This document shows, piece by piece, positions 1-12,954 of a stretch of 64,000 nt of DNA. Position 1 is the first letter of the stretch, and each line of letters starts with the position of its first letter. Below the pieces are notes generated by a model. It was not told where the DNA came from and ran no database searches. It saw only the letters and a program-made list of their open reading frames with translations. The translations under genes were made by a program, and so were the position numbers. Source of the stretch: Camelus ferus. Lineage: Eukaryota. The DNA lies in NCBI RefSeq assembly GCF_009834535.1, contig NC_045696.1:67272001-67336000 (forward strand). Direction: 5' to 3'.

Positions 1-64
1 CCTCTTCATTTTGCTGTGAACATAAATCTGCTCTTAAAAATTGCAGTATTTAAATTAAAAAAAG
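1..64 (+). mobile_element. Extreme 3' end of an old L1 (L1MC/L1MD-type)
   Basis: ttttgctgtgaacataaatctgctcttaaaaa resembles the old-L1 terminus ttttgctgtgaacctaaaactgctctaaaaa, followed by an A-rich tail. Confidence 0.55.
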
Positions 65-1540
65 TAACAATCTTTTGATTAATTAAAAAGACAGAAAAAA
101 GATCTAGAACCTAATATACGAAGACTCATGTCACAGGAAGGACAGGATGTAGTTACGTCTAAAACCAGGGCAGGGATGAGCGTGTCAGCTAAGGGACCCT
201 CCAGAGTGGCAGGTGCCGGACCTTCTTCCAGCTTCTGTCTATAGCTTCTTTCCCATGGTCCTTTCTCATCAGCCAGACTACTAACAACTCACACTTTTTT
301 CACTCTTAAAATGGTGCTTTTCAAGTTATAATTACTTGGCAGTAGGTCACGTTCTTCCATTACGCTGGGAGCTCTTCAAGGGCAGGATCCGTATTTTGTT
401 CATCGCTGCTTCATTAACCAACCGGAGGGAAGCCTGGCCCCTTCTCAGAGCTTGTGGAGGGAACCTTCTCATTCAAGCTGCAATGACCAGTAGTTCCCAC
501 CAGATGGCAGTGCGTGGACGTTTTTCCCTTACCAATCAGAAGGGAGGGGACGGTTTCCGGCAAGTTGCCTTTTATCTCTGTCCTTGCGGACAAACAAATC
601 TTTGCAGACATGGGGACTTGTGACTGGGCGGGAGAATTCACGTCGCTGAATCAGAACCTCAGGCGGCCTTTATACTCCCTAGATACCGCCTCTCTCCGAA
701 AACATTCCTCCCGAAGGCTGAGAAAGGAGTATACTGTTTTGTGTTCTAAGACGGAGAAGCTGGGCGTTGAGTTTGACTGTGACAGGCACAAGGTGACCAT
801 CTTTTCAGCACTTAGGGAAAATGGCTACCAACACCCACTGATTGCTGCCATCTGTTGAGGTTCCTTAACCCCCTGCCCACCCCCATCTGTCAGACCCAGG
901 CAGCAAGCAAAAGTCAGCCAAACACACCAGCTTACTTCTGAAGACAGCATCTCCCCTGGGTTCCTGCCTCTTTCCCCACTCCAGAGCAGCAGACTGGTCA
1001 GGCCAGGGGACCTGCAAGGGTTCTGAGTGCAGAATCCCTCACCTCTTCACCTGGGAACATGCGCTCTGCTCGGGAGTGTCTCAGAAGCAAAGGACTCCCA
1101 AATGAAAGACGTCCCCAGTCTAAACGAAAAGCATTGAGAAACATCCCTGAAAGATCTCCCAAACTGAAAAAGCCCAAAGGCAAAAAAAAAAAAAAAAAGC
1201 CTCATCTTTTCACTTCCTTCTGTTTCTGTGTATCTCTCTCCTCACCCCCATCCAGGAAGGCAGGAGTCTACACTGACTGCAATTTTGAGATCTTCCATTT
1301 TGTTTCTACCATCGTCCAAGATGCTCCAGCTCCTCCTAAGGTGTTCTGTTCATAAGGACCTCTCTCCTTCCTTCAGTGCTAGAGAGGAGGTTATAGTGGA
1401 CTATGAGCCAAGAAGATTCCAGAGAGCTCAACTTCTTTTACCCAAACAAGGCTCTCTGTTCTAAGGGGTTCTCCCAGGAGATGGGACTCGATGGCTAATC
1501 CTGCCCCACCCTGGGCAACATGCCTCAACCAATGGAGAAT

Positions 1541-1776
1541 CTGGTGGTTAAGACACAAGTTCTGGAGTCCGCAGATCTGGGTCGGATTTTGGCTCTGTCA
1601 CATCCTAGCAGGGTGACTGACCCTGGGTGGATTGCCTAGCCTCTCCAAATCTTAGCTTCCTCATCTATAGAATGGGGAAAGTGTCTCCATACCTCAGAGG
1701 GATGTTGCGCCGATTAAATGACAACGGCGTGCAAAGTGTTTAGCTCAGTACCCACGCAAGGTGTGCTAAATAAATG
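1541..1776 (+). mobile_element. MIR SINE, near full length
   Basis: gtggttaaga...ctggagtc head, core cttagcttcctcatctatagaatgggga, tail gattaaatgacaac...aaagtgtttagc. Confidence 0.85.
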
Positions 1777-1934
1777 CCAGCAACTAGCATTAGCAGAAAT
1801 ACCCCACAGAAGACGCAGCTCCCTAGAAGTAATTCATGGTGTTGCACTCAGCACTGCTGCAGAAACGTACAAGAATCCAAAAGCTCTCCGTGAATCATGT
1901 CGGAACTCATTCCTCAAACGAGATCTGTATTGCC

Positions 1935-2160
1935 TTCATTTATTTATTCTTTCATTCAGGAGGACTTAACTCAGTATATAAGATGTGGCAAACTCAGGGG
2001 AGGCCATGAGGACACAGGGATGTATGAGACATGGTTCCTGTCTTCAAGGAGCTCACGGTGCATGGACGAGCCCCTCCATAAGCCATTATAATACAGTGGG
2101 ATTCGTGCTCTGACCTGGTCATGCACATGATACAGCAGATGCAGAGGGGAGGAACTTGAG
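1935..2160 (-). mobile_element. L2 LINE 3' fragment
   Basis: (ttca)n-like tail followed by gacatggttcctgtcttcaaggagctcac, the typical antisense L2 3' end. Confidence 0.7.
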
Positions 2161-2639
2161 ACCCAACGCACCTTGCAAGGCATGGTCAGTCCTTAATGCT
2201 CTAACCCTTGCCTTCCTGGCGGTGTCTACTCCCAGAAGTAATTGTCTTCCAGATGATACATTACGATGTCTCATACCTCTAACCTTGGCACTTTAATGGA
2301 ATCCTCTCCTTCCTGGAAAAGGCTACCAATCCTCCAAGCCTCTGCCTAAAGTTGGCATCCTGCGAGAAGCCCTCCTCAGCCTCCACCCCCAGGAGACTTG
2401 GGGGCTTCTTTTGCTGAGCTGTGATCTCATTGAAAATGGGGGCCACATACTTTTACTTTGGCCCTCAGCACTTGACTCAGTGGCCAGTACAAAACTGTCA
2501 TTCAGCAACGGTGGTGTGCAAATGAAGCCCGCTCCTGGCCACCAGCGCTGCCCTCCTTTCAGCCAGGACCCAGGGGAAACTAGCTCATCGGACAGAAGGT
2601 CCCACCGCCTGCCGCGTCACGCAGATCCGCTGTAGGAAA

Positions 2640-4187
2640 GCTCTACTGCTACAGAAGTTTTCGAATGTCATCCCAAGTTCCCTTCCCTTGAACTCCCACC
2701 GATCGCAGCCTGATCTTGCTCTTTAGAACAATGCAGAATAAATACATATTCTCCTCAACACAGCAGCCCTTCACATATATGAAGACATCAAACAAATGTA
2801 ATGTCAATATACAGTTCTCCTCTGTGTTTTTTCTCTTCACACACAGCTAATTAAGCCATCATTAACACACATTTTTAAGTGCCTAGCGTATGCTGAGTAC
2901 TTCTGAGAAGCTTTTTGAGTGTTATAAATTTAGTCCTGATACCCCCAACAGCACCAGCATACGCATACCTTAAGTTCTGATTTATTTCTTTGTGTTGGTT
3001 TCAGTCCTATGTTCTAGAAGCTCTAGACCGTTTTAGATACTAATGCTCCATTGTTATTACTGATATTGCATTAATAGATTAAAAACAATATGCTAAGCTT
3101 GAAACTAGGCTTCTTTTTAAATACTCATTGAACTTAAAAGGCAAGTGACTATATTGCTTCTTTATAGATGATGAGACTGAGCCGTCAGGGATTAACCCCT
3201 GTTCAACGTGACCTTGCTGATAGGTGTCAGAGACAAGAGGCAAGGTCAACGCAGCCTTCCTCCATGGCCAGTGCTCCTTCCACTGTATGTACAAAGCTGT
3301 CTTTTTGTGCCAGTCTGTGGCATTTGCTTTTCATTTTAGTTAGGTGTCATCTGTAAATTTGGACATCTCTTCTTCTAGAGAACCTTTCAAGTCATGAATA
3401 AAAAATATTGGCCAAAAGCATTTGTGGCAACATGGATGGACCTAGAGATCATCATACTAAGTGAAGTAAGTCAGAAAGAGAAAGACAAATACCATATGAT
3501 GTCACTTATATGTGGAATCTAAAATATGATACAAACGAACTTAACTTACAAAACAAACAGACTCACAGACATAGAAAACAAACTCATGGTTACCAAAGGG
3601 AAGAGAGGAGGAACAAATTAGAAGTTGAGGACTAACAGATACACACTACTGTGTATAAAATAAACAACAAGGGCCTACTGTATAGCACAGGGCATTATAT
3701 TCAACATTTTGTAATAATCTATAATGGAAAAGAACCTGAAAAAGAATATATATATATATATGTGTGGGTATATATAACTGGAAAAAAATATTGTCCAGGA
3801 AAAAGGGCTTTGTTCATCACCAGAGACCTCTTTCTAGCCAATGTAGAGCAGTTAGCAACCCTTAAGATGTCTCTTAATGTCTTTTTCTTACCCAACTGTG
3901 AATAAGACATGATTCTGCTCATATGTCACCATTTTGTACACAATCACATCACAGGAAGCCATGTGAAGTCTGTTACTAAAATTTCCTCATCCTGCTTATT
4001 TACTGATTTAGTGGCACAATCAGAAAAGGAAATGGAGTGTGTCTAGCATGACTTGTTAGTGGTAAACTTGCATTAACTTCTAAGGATCAGTGTCTTTTTT
4101 TTTAAATGCCCACAAATCAATTGTGTAGTGATCTGTTCCAAAATTTCAGTAGGAATCTAGATAAAACTTGTATTATTTCCTGGGTCC
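2640..4187 (-). mobile_element. Ancient CR1/L3 LINE ORF2 (reverse transcriptase) remnant, interrupted by an L1
   Basis: Minus-strand translations give collinear CR1 motifs: DPGN..IPTEILEQI (~4130-4187), FTTNKSC*THSISFSD (~4020-4070), KFTDDT*L (3337-3360; FADD motif) and VFIYVKGCCVEENMYLFC (~2730-2790). Confidence 0.8.
3415..3782 (+). mobile_element. Artiodactyl-type L1, 5'-truncated (ORF2 end plus 3'UTR)
   Basis: gcaacatggatggacctagag...agaaagacaaataccatatgat...tactgtatagcacaggg; flanked by aaaaaatattg(g/t)cca at 3400-3414 and 3783-3797 (14/15, probable TSD). Confidence 0.9.
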
Positions 4188-5477
4188 TGTGTTTAGTCCT
4201 GTGATAAGATGCCAAGTTAATCCCTTCATTAAGAGGAGAAATCCTTATGAACTTGCCAAAATGTTATCTGTTCCCAGGGAGATGGAGAAACATCTTCAGT
4301 AACATCAAATGTTCAGCTGGATGGCAGAACCTCCTCTTCTTCATTTTGGTGCGTGATGTCACATGTTCCTTTTTTTTTAAATCGCCTTTATGTCACCGGG
4401 CAGTGTTTGGCTAAATTTTCCTAACCCCAGAATTAAAGGCTGAGAACTCTTTAAAATTGTAGGGATAAATGGTTGCCTATGAGGTTTGTGGATCTCGGAA
4501 GTCCACTTACAGAAAACAGCTTTCTGGCCACAACATGTTCCATCCAGGAGATCGTGGGTGATATCTGCTTGTTCATCATCGTGGTCCCAGTGCCAGGAGC
4601 ATAGTAAGTGCTCGAGAAGTATTTGTTACAGAACATGGGGGAAGGTGCAACAGCTGTATACTGAAAAATAAAAATATGAAAATACGCATACCTTTAGGAG
4701 ATGGAGCTCAAAGTTCTAAATTCACAGTAAAATACGTATGACTGAGGTTTGAGCCTTCCTAGAAACCAGGTCTTGTTGGAAGACTGAAGGAAGTGTTCCC
4801 AGAGATTTCTAAAGAAAGATGAGGAGGCTACAGGGAAAGCAAAGTGGAGGGAAAAGTAAGAGGGTTGGGGAGCAGCTCTGGAAGCAATAGAATAAGTCAC
4901 AGTGGCCCAAGGTTTAAGCCCCCGGTGCTCATTATCGGCTGCTTGCCATCGAATAAATCTCACACCTCAGCAGGGACTCCATCCTAAGTGATGGGACAGA
5001 AACAAGAAGTCACATTTCACAGAAGTGCCGTGAGCATCGAATGCGGTAAGAATATGAAAGCACATTACCAAATCAGTGTCACCTACACCAGCGTCTGTGT
5101 TGGGGGTCAGCCTGAAGAGAAGAGCAGTGGGTAATAAGAACATAGTTAGGATGGATTAAGAGACCACTTTCTACCTGTGAACAAACTTGAGATGTTTCCG
5201 ACTTAGGGAAAACATTGATCCCCACCAGGTTGAAAAGACAGCATTTACATGTTGGAGTAGCTGACAGACAAAGCCATACAGATATGCATCCAGCTCCGGG
5301 TTCTCTACTCCATGTAACTCAGCACGTCCTAAGCTGAATTTATAATCGTTTGCAGAGAATCAGGCACCCCTGTCTGTTACTGATAGAACTGTGTCTCACT
5401 GTCAGCCCCCTACCACGCTGAGGAGGGAGAGGGACGGGAGGAAGAGACCCGACTCACGTAACTGTCATCCTGAGACA

Positions 5478-5590
5478 CCTTTCCTCATCTGTCGAATTGA
5501 GATGATTCTACCTGCCCACTGGGGTTCAGCATTTTATGAGAATCAACTGATGAATGTAAAAGCTTTTTGAAAACTAAAATGCTCTGAAAT
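5478..5590 (+). mobile_element. MIR core/tail fragment
   Basis: tttcctcatctgtc...gatgattctacctgcc...atgtaaaagctttttgaaaact. Confidence 0.6.
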
Positions 5591-6496
5591 TTTTTTAAGA
5601 TGTTCTTATTATTTGCAATAGTATAAAAGTAAACTTGAAATATTGCCTCTGTCTACCTTGCGCACAGAAAACTGAGTCCAAATACGTTATATTTAGTAAT
5701 ACCAAAAGATATTGGTTCAAAGAATTCTGACCACCACTTGTATAATTTTTCTACTTGTTGCCTAGCTAAATAGCTCAGATCTATGGAGTTCTGATGCGGA
5801 AAGAATTAAGGCAATCGTTACCACATTAAAGGTGCAAAATTTTTAAAAATATATTAATGAGGTGGTGGGAAGTGAGCTGACAGTAAAGTAGGTTTGGAAG
5901 TGTTTGGTTTCCTTAATTAAATGGAGTTAATGAGTTTCTCCTCTGAGCCTGAGTGCTGGGCGAAGCGGTCTAACCTCAGATTTCTGTGATCTCAGTAAGA
6001 GATGCCCAACTGGCAGCTGCAGATAACCTGCGTCATGGGGTGAGTCATCCTTCACACCTTTGGATGAAACCTTCCCACCCATCAGAAAGCAGGAGCAGGT
6101 CGCAAATACTGCCATGTCACTGCGAGGTACAGAGAACTGCAAAGTGAAAGCCACTCCAGACCATGGATCCGAGCTGGGAACAAAATGGTAAAGACGAGAT
6201 GGAATTTAATTTAATCAACATTCACGAAGCATGGAGGTGGGGGCAGGATACAGAGACGTAAAAGGCATACCTCTGCCTTCCTCATACAAGCTATTGAACA
6301 AGTTGAGGAAATAGATATGATTTTTAAAAATTAAAAGACAATTTAGAACATCCTCAGTGCTTCTATGGTATCTCTCTATATAATCAATCCCTCCTTCTTC
6401 ATTTCTGGCCACTCCCCGAGCTTCTGGCCAACGCACTAGTCAAGGGGTGTGGATGGAGCTTCTCTCAGACCCGGTGTGTCCTCTCAGGACACCATG

Positions 6497-6498
<2 letters not shown>

Positions 6499-6543
<45 letters not shown>
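6499..6543. repeat. (GT)22 microsatellite
   Basis: Perfect dinucleotide run. Confidence 0.98.
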
Positions 6544-6546
<3 letters not shown>

Positions 6547-6659
6547 ACCCTTCTGCTTGAAATGACCTGTTTTTCCCTCTGGGCTTGAAGAATCATCCTT
6601 AGTGGGGCTCCCTTCCTGATCGCTCCTTCCTGACAACGTGTTTTTCCCAATTCCTCAAG

Positions 6660-7290
6660 CTCTCCAAGCTCATCCCTTCCCCAGGTCTTCGCACATGCAC
6701 TGTTGGATCTCTCCCATTCTTACTATTATCGGGTGTTCACTTAAATAAAGCACAGGGAAGCATTCCTTGATGCCCCGCTGCATCTAAATCACAGCCCCAT
6801 CTTATCATCTGCTAGATTCCTGTTTTCTTCCTTCATTACACTTACAGCAGCTTTTAAGTGAGTAATAAGTAAGAAATTGTGTGTAGACATTTATATCTTT
6901 GATAACTTTCAAGGGCTGTATGTTTTGTTCTTCATAGACCCAGCACACACGGGCCTTCAGTGACTATTTGCAGAGCGACTTCTCCCTGCAAAGTGCTCCA
7001 GGTACTTTGTAAAATCTTTGAATGTAACCCTTACTCCACAGCAGTGCAATGACTTGCTTGCATATTTATCCCCATCTCTGGATTTGTGAGCTACTCAGAA
7101 CTGGGTGAGGTGGCCCCAGCGCATCCCACACTCAGCACTATTGTAGAACTTATCACCCCACACCTTAACTGGCTCAATCTGTCTGCCAGCTTCCTTGTGG
7201 CAGGAATGGGTCATATACCACTGCATCCCTGGTGCCTAGCACTGTGTCTGGCACCCAAACAATTTTTAAGAGGATGAATGAATGAGTAGA
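6660..7290 (+). mobile_element. Cluster of degenerate L2 fragments
   Basis: gcatccctggtgcctagcactgtgtctggcac...gatgaatgaatga tail and related upstream pieces. Confidence 0.65.
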
Positions 7291-8129
7291 ATCTCTTTCC
7301 CATTCTGTTCTGATCCTCCAAAATACTCTTCAAATACTGAAAGAATATTATACTTTCTGTGCCTCTGATCCTGCTTGGAACACATCCAGTGAAACCTGTA
7401 AAACTTCAGATTTACAGAATAGATGCACAACGAGGGCATCGACTTCCTTGAAAAAAATTACTTTTCTCCCGAGGATGCTGCAGAGACTGTAGCCATGAGG
7501 TGCCCCTCCTCCACTGAATTTACAGCATCACGGGACTTACTGAACATTGCTCATCGTGAATTTCCCAAGGAGAGGCCTATTTTGTAAGGCTCGGTGTAAG
7601 CTGGCAGATTGTCACTCACCGCCAGGTAGGACCCAGCTGATAACAAGTCTTCTCCAAACACCGTGCTCAGTGTAGCGCAGACATAGCCGAGGAGACGGGC
7701 CAGGCTTGTCAGGAGACTCAGTGCTGCACCAGACCAAGAAGCTGAAGGAAAAAGATGGGCTGAAGGAGAGCGGAGAGTGTTTGCAGGGTGTCTGACAGCC
7801 TCTCCAAATAGCAAAGGGCTACCACCCAACCCCACTTTTGTTGTTTGTCCCAGAAAAAAGGATCAATCAAAGATTGTGTTTAATATGAGGCAAAACTGTT
7901 TCACAGGTTGTACAGAAGAGAATGGGCTGCCTTGGGAGGGACTGACATCCTGGACACTAGAGGGGCACAGGACCAGAACAAGAGAACAATGGCGGGTGAT
8001 GTGGGAGGAGACACCTAAGCATCGAGCTGGGAATGGGGGGGTAGGACAGAGGCAGCGGGCACTCACGGGCGTCACTGACTGACTCAGGTGTGCACTTAGG
8101 CATTTGGTCTTCCACAGAGTTGTGGGGGT

Positions 8130-8265
8130 GCTCTTATTACCCTCCATCTCACCCATGGAGAAACTGAGGCACATGAAGCTTCAGAATGTGCCCAAGGCCA
8201 CCAAGCCAGGGATGGCTTCCAGATTCAAGCCCAGGTTCATCTGAATTCATATCGGGGCTCTTAGC
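8130..8265 (-). mobile_element. MIR SINE
   Basis: gagaaactgaggcac...tgcccaaggccac...attcaagcccagg antisense core. Confidence 0.8.
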
Positions 8266-9244
8266 TCCAAAGACTGCTAAAGTCCCTTGCCAATCGGAAA
8301 TTCTGGAACTTTATGAATAAGGAGAGATTAAGGAAAAAAAAATCAATAAACAGGGCTCAAATGTAACTAATGGAGATGAGTCCTTGGCCCTCTCTCTTCC
8401 TTTGTCCTCCAGTGTAATTCCTATGCTTGTGAGTACAGAGCATCTAACCGGGTTTCAAGTTTCCTGTGTGTCTGTGTGTGTGTGCGCGCGCATAGATCTG
8501 ACAGGGCTGGTTCATTTCAAGTAACCAAGTATGTCTTTGGACAGCTCTTGTCAAGATCCAATAGAAGAGCCAATTCCAAAAATATGTTCCTTTAGTGGTT
8601 TTTTAGGGTTCTCTGCTCTGCACGGATTGACAATGTGGTAACAAGAGACATTCTGGAGACTGGATTTAATGCAACCATATGCTAGACAGAATGAGAACCC
8701 ATATTGCAGCAGACCAGCCGGTACATTTCCATGTTAACAGAAGCTTGATTGCAAATTACATTTAGTCTCAACAGCTCAGTTCACTGCACACAGATGCCAT
8801 GGGGGACTGTAAAGTTAGCGAGATGTGGGGGAGTACGACTAACATTTTTTTTTTCCAAAAAAAAAATCCTTCAGCTGATAGAATGCCAAGGAGCATCAGC
8901 GCTGATGCTGAAAAGAAAATGCTGCTATATTTGTTTTGCCAGGAAAGGAAAAATAATCATTGTCGCGAGTTGTTAGTCAAATTATGAATACGAGCTCGGC
9001 TGGTAATTGTCTGATAATACAAACAGTGATATTAGGGCTGTCAGGGGCTGCATGCGCTGTTTGACAGCTAACATGAACATGCTCTCTGAATGAGCAGTTA
9101 GTTCACGGATTCCAAAAGTCAGGCCGACAGAAGGCCAGGTGATTGAGGAGAATTTCCCCAGGATCCTGGCTTCACATTCAGGACTGGATCTGGGTCAGCT
9201 TCCCAAATTGTGGTCAGCATCTCCGCCATCCCCAGGTGGATCTG

Positions 9245-9455
9245 TGGAATTGTGGAAAGAACACAAAATGGGTTTCAGTTGCAGGTCTGTCTCTTTTTTG
9301 CTGTGCAACCCCAGATAAGTCACTTAACCTCTCTGAGCATTAAAATGGGGATGATAATACTCAAGCAGTTTCTCTTCCCAAGGATATTGTGCAGATCAGC
9401 TGAGAACTGGTGTATGAGCATACAGTAAACACATGGTGCTCTATAAATGTTGGGG
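9245..9455 (+). mobile_element. MIR SINE
   Basis: ataagtcacttaacctctctgagc..taaaatggggatgataatac. Confidence 0.75.
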
Positions 9456-9779
9456 TTATAAGCCGTATACTTGGCTGGGTTTCTTTTCCCATTTTAAGAG
9501 CTGCGCTGAATGATTTCTTGTCCATTATCTCATGGCTGGAGCAGAACTTTTTGTCTAGGTACAAGGGCTTTTCAGTTAGAATCACTCATCTTCTCTGAGG
9601 AGTGTGGCTACAGGGCACCTCTCAGCTAGAGGCTGCCCTGACTCCTTTATCACATGCCTTTCCCATAGGGAAGTTAGAAGGCTTCCATCAAATCCCATCA
9701 AGGATGCAGAATGCCTTTATTCTCTCTACCCTCCTGTTCTCCAGACTCCCAGCTGTGGGAGAGGTGGTTCTGCTGATCA

Positions 9780-10146
9780 GTACCTGTTCTCCCCTTAGCC
9801 GCTGATTCCCAGAACCCCATTGCAGCCAAGTGTGGCTAGGTTCTGGCCACAGGAAGGTGAGCAGGTGTGAAATACACACCTTCCTGGTCTTAACCTGTAA
9901 GTTTCCTGCACATGCACAATCCAGCCTCCTGCTCTTCCTCCATCCGCTGGTGGAGTGTCAGAGACTCAAGGACCCACAGGAGGGCAGAGCCACAGATGGA
10001 GGGAACCTGGGCCCCGAGTGGCTGCGAGGAGTGTAACCCCCTGCCAGCCTGCACTGCACTGTGCTCTGAACTGAATGAGAAATGCAAAGTCTACTCTTTA
10101 ACCCACTGAGGTTAACTCGTCCGTTGTTAAAGTAGCTAGCCTACCT
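9780..10146 (+). mobile_element. MaLR (MLT1-type) LTR, 3' part
   Basis: ggcagagccacagatggaggga...aatgagaaat..tttaacccactgagg...tgttaaagtagctagcctacct resembles the MLT1J-like 3' end. Confidence 0.65.
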
Positions 10147-10167
10147 TAAAACCTAAGCAATCATCTA

Positions 10168-10317
10168 TTTTTTTAATTTTATCTTTTTTTAATTGAAATA
10201 CAGTCAGTTACAACGTGTCAATCTCTGGCGTACAGAACAATGTCCCAGTCATGCATATACATACATATATTTGTTTTGATATTCTTTTTCATTAAAGTTT
10301 ATTACAAGATACTGAAT
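10168..10317 (-). mobile_element. Camelid/artiodactyl L1 3' tail
   Basis: poly-T then aattgaaatacagtcagttacaacgtgtcaat...tattacaagatactgaat. Confidence 0.85.
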
Positions 10318-12399
10318 TTCTCACTACATAAAGTGTGTTTCGACCAGAAACACAGTGAGTATCTCATCCATCCCTCCCTGAAGACACCAGGCACGTTCAC
10401 ATCTCCAAGCCTTTGCTTCCATGGTGACTTTTTCCCCTGCTTCCCTGACCCCACCTCGACCCCAACTATACTTTTCTCCTGAGCAAACTTCCTCTTCCAG
10501 GGCTCAGCTCTGAGGAAGCCCCTCAGATGGAGTTGATGACTTTCTTTTTTGAGTTTTCTCAAAACTTGTACATGCCCCTGATCGGATTGTAGCAGAATTA
10601 TGATTAACATACATTTCCCTCCACCTAAGGCAGAGAAACTGTCTCATTCAAACCCTTAATGATGTCTGAGACAGCATTACTCTTCTTTTGCTTCTGTTTT
10701 CCTCTATGCATTCTCAGCAGGATGAGGTGCCCGGGGGCTATTTCTCCAGCTTTAAGATGGAGGGGCACAGAGGCAAATGTAAATGCCCATTTACCTTTGC
10801 AGGGTCTCTCACTACAGCTCAGGGAAAGAAAGACTGTATCTTCTTTTCTATGCATCCACCAACCAAGGTCTGCCCTGATACCTACAGAGATGTGAGGACA
10901 GGGAGGGTCCTGGCCTGAAAAAAGCCCACAGAATGTGTTGTGCATATAAAGGATGCCCCTGGGGATGGAGGCCTCCTCCCTCTCCCAGCTCATCCCGTCC
11001 CCCTTTGCCACCCCACCGAGACCCCTATTGATCATCCTTCTAAAGGCACGAGGCAAAGCTGTGTCCTGTTCACATCTGAATCCAGCTCAGTCTGTCAAGC
11101 AAGTCTGCCTTGATGTAGAGCCATGTTCACAGCAGGACACGATGCTCACATCAAACACTGCTTTGTACGACTGAAGGACACCTGCTGGGCTCCAGCTCTG
11201 AGGGAACGCGTGGTCTTGTTTCCGAGCTCCAGGGGCTGGTGCTGCTAGTCCTGGCTTTGGTTTGAGATCTGTTCCCCTCCCCCGGCTTTGGAATTATCAG
11301 ATGCTGGTCTATCTTCTTACTGTCTTCTGTTTGTTATTGTGGGCTCTTCTGTGTGCCCCTCTCACATCCATCTGCATCGGCATTAGCTGTTTTTTTGCTT
11401 TTTCTGTTAACTCTTAGAGAGTGCTCAGGGATTTTCCAATGGCAGTGAGGAAGAAAGATGGCAAAATCAGAGTCATGGGGTGGGACCGGCAGCCCAGGGG
11501 AGTCCCAGCTATGCCACCTACCTTGGACGCATCACTTCCCCTTAGTCTCCTTGTCTCTAAAATAGGAATAAAACTATGAACTCTGTCCCTTTAGACTGTA
11601 AGTGCCATCAGGGCAGAGATCATGTCTATTTTGTTCAAAATTGAATGTACCAAGTGCTTAGTATGTTGTAGGCCCTCAAAAAACTAATGACTGTTCAGCG
11701 ACTGACTGGCTGACACGGAGACCCAGTAAGGTCATCTATATGGAAATACTTTGTAAGTCGTGCGGTGGTATACACAGGAAAGCGTTATCAGCACACAGAT
11801 GGGGAACGCAAGGGCTGGCCCCAAACCAAGAGTTACTTAGCTGTCTTAAGGTACTGAAAGATACTTTGGCAAATGTGTATCAAATATGCGTAATATCCGT
11901 GGAGTGGCCCAGGGATGCAACGCAGCTGGGAGACAGGACAGAGAGGTACTTGCTATCTTAACAGAGGTGAGGAGAGGAGAAATCAGCGTGTGTGAGAGAG
12001 ACCTGGGATGCTCCTAAGCAGGAAAGAGTTACGCATCAGAGTGAAATCTTATGCTCGGTTGTTCTAGCAAACTAGATCTTATTGGTTGGCCAAAGTCGTT
12101 GGAATCTAGAGTCAGATAAAAATTTTCCCAAGGAGTCATTATTTCTTAGTATGTTTTACATGTAGTTTTAATCCCACCAACTCTGAAGAATGACTTAAAG
12201 CAGAACTCATCAAAATAGACCATCCCAGCTGACATTTGAGCTGGTCGAATCTTTCATCTCATAGATGGGAGAACTAAGAAGATGATGTGTCCAGGGTAAC
12301 TCAGCTAGATGTGATATTCAGTGCTTGCCACATTCTGACACAGCTTTCTGAGTCACAAACAGCTGGAAGCATTAACACTGCTCTCCAGTAAGAAAGATT

Positions 12400-12612
12400 A
12401 AAACAGACACACAGAGAGAACAGGGGCAAAACTAGAGCCACTTCTTTGGTTCCCTGTGGCTCTCTATCCCCTGCTTCCAGCTCAGTTCCAGGCCTAGCTA
12501 CTTCCTTGCCCTTGGATTCTGACACCCCCACATCCTTGAAATGAATTTCCCTTTGTAGCCCAGCTAGCAGAGTTGGGTTTCTGTTCATGGAAACCAGGAG
12601 TCTTTACCAATC
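12400..12612 (+). mobile_element. ERVL LTR fragment (LTR16/LTR33-like)
   Basis: aatttccctttg...gctagcagagttgggtttctgttcatggaaaccaggagtc resembles the LTR16/33 3' end. Confidence 0.55.
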
Positions 12613-12954
12613 CAACCACTTACTAGAAGCTCCTTGAGAACGCATGTTTCCCCACAGCTCTGGCGCAATGCCCTGCCCAGAGCAGGGTGCTCAGAAAATG
12701 TAAGATACTGAAGCTTCCAGAATTTCCCCTAATATCTGCTCTCCAGGAATGGCTCTCCTTTCCTAGAAGTCCTCTCCCAAATGGATCTTGTATTGTAATT
12801 GCCGAGATACTTGTCCCATCTGCCTTTCTCAATGTCCCCATGTCCCAGCATAACCCTGACTCGTTGCCATCTAGATCAGGTAATAGTGGCAGGGGGCGGG
12901 GTCAAGAGGCTGGAGACCAGGGTGCAAAAATTGTAAGCTTGTGTATTGCATGAA

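Noticed and set aside
9069..9085. Possible p53 response element (aacatgaacatgctc)
   Set aside because: Only one proper half-site; the two CATG cores have the wrong spacing
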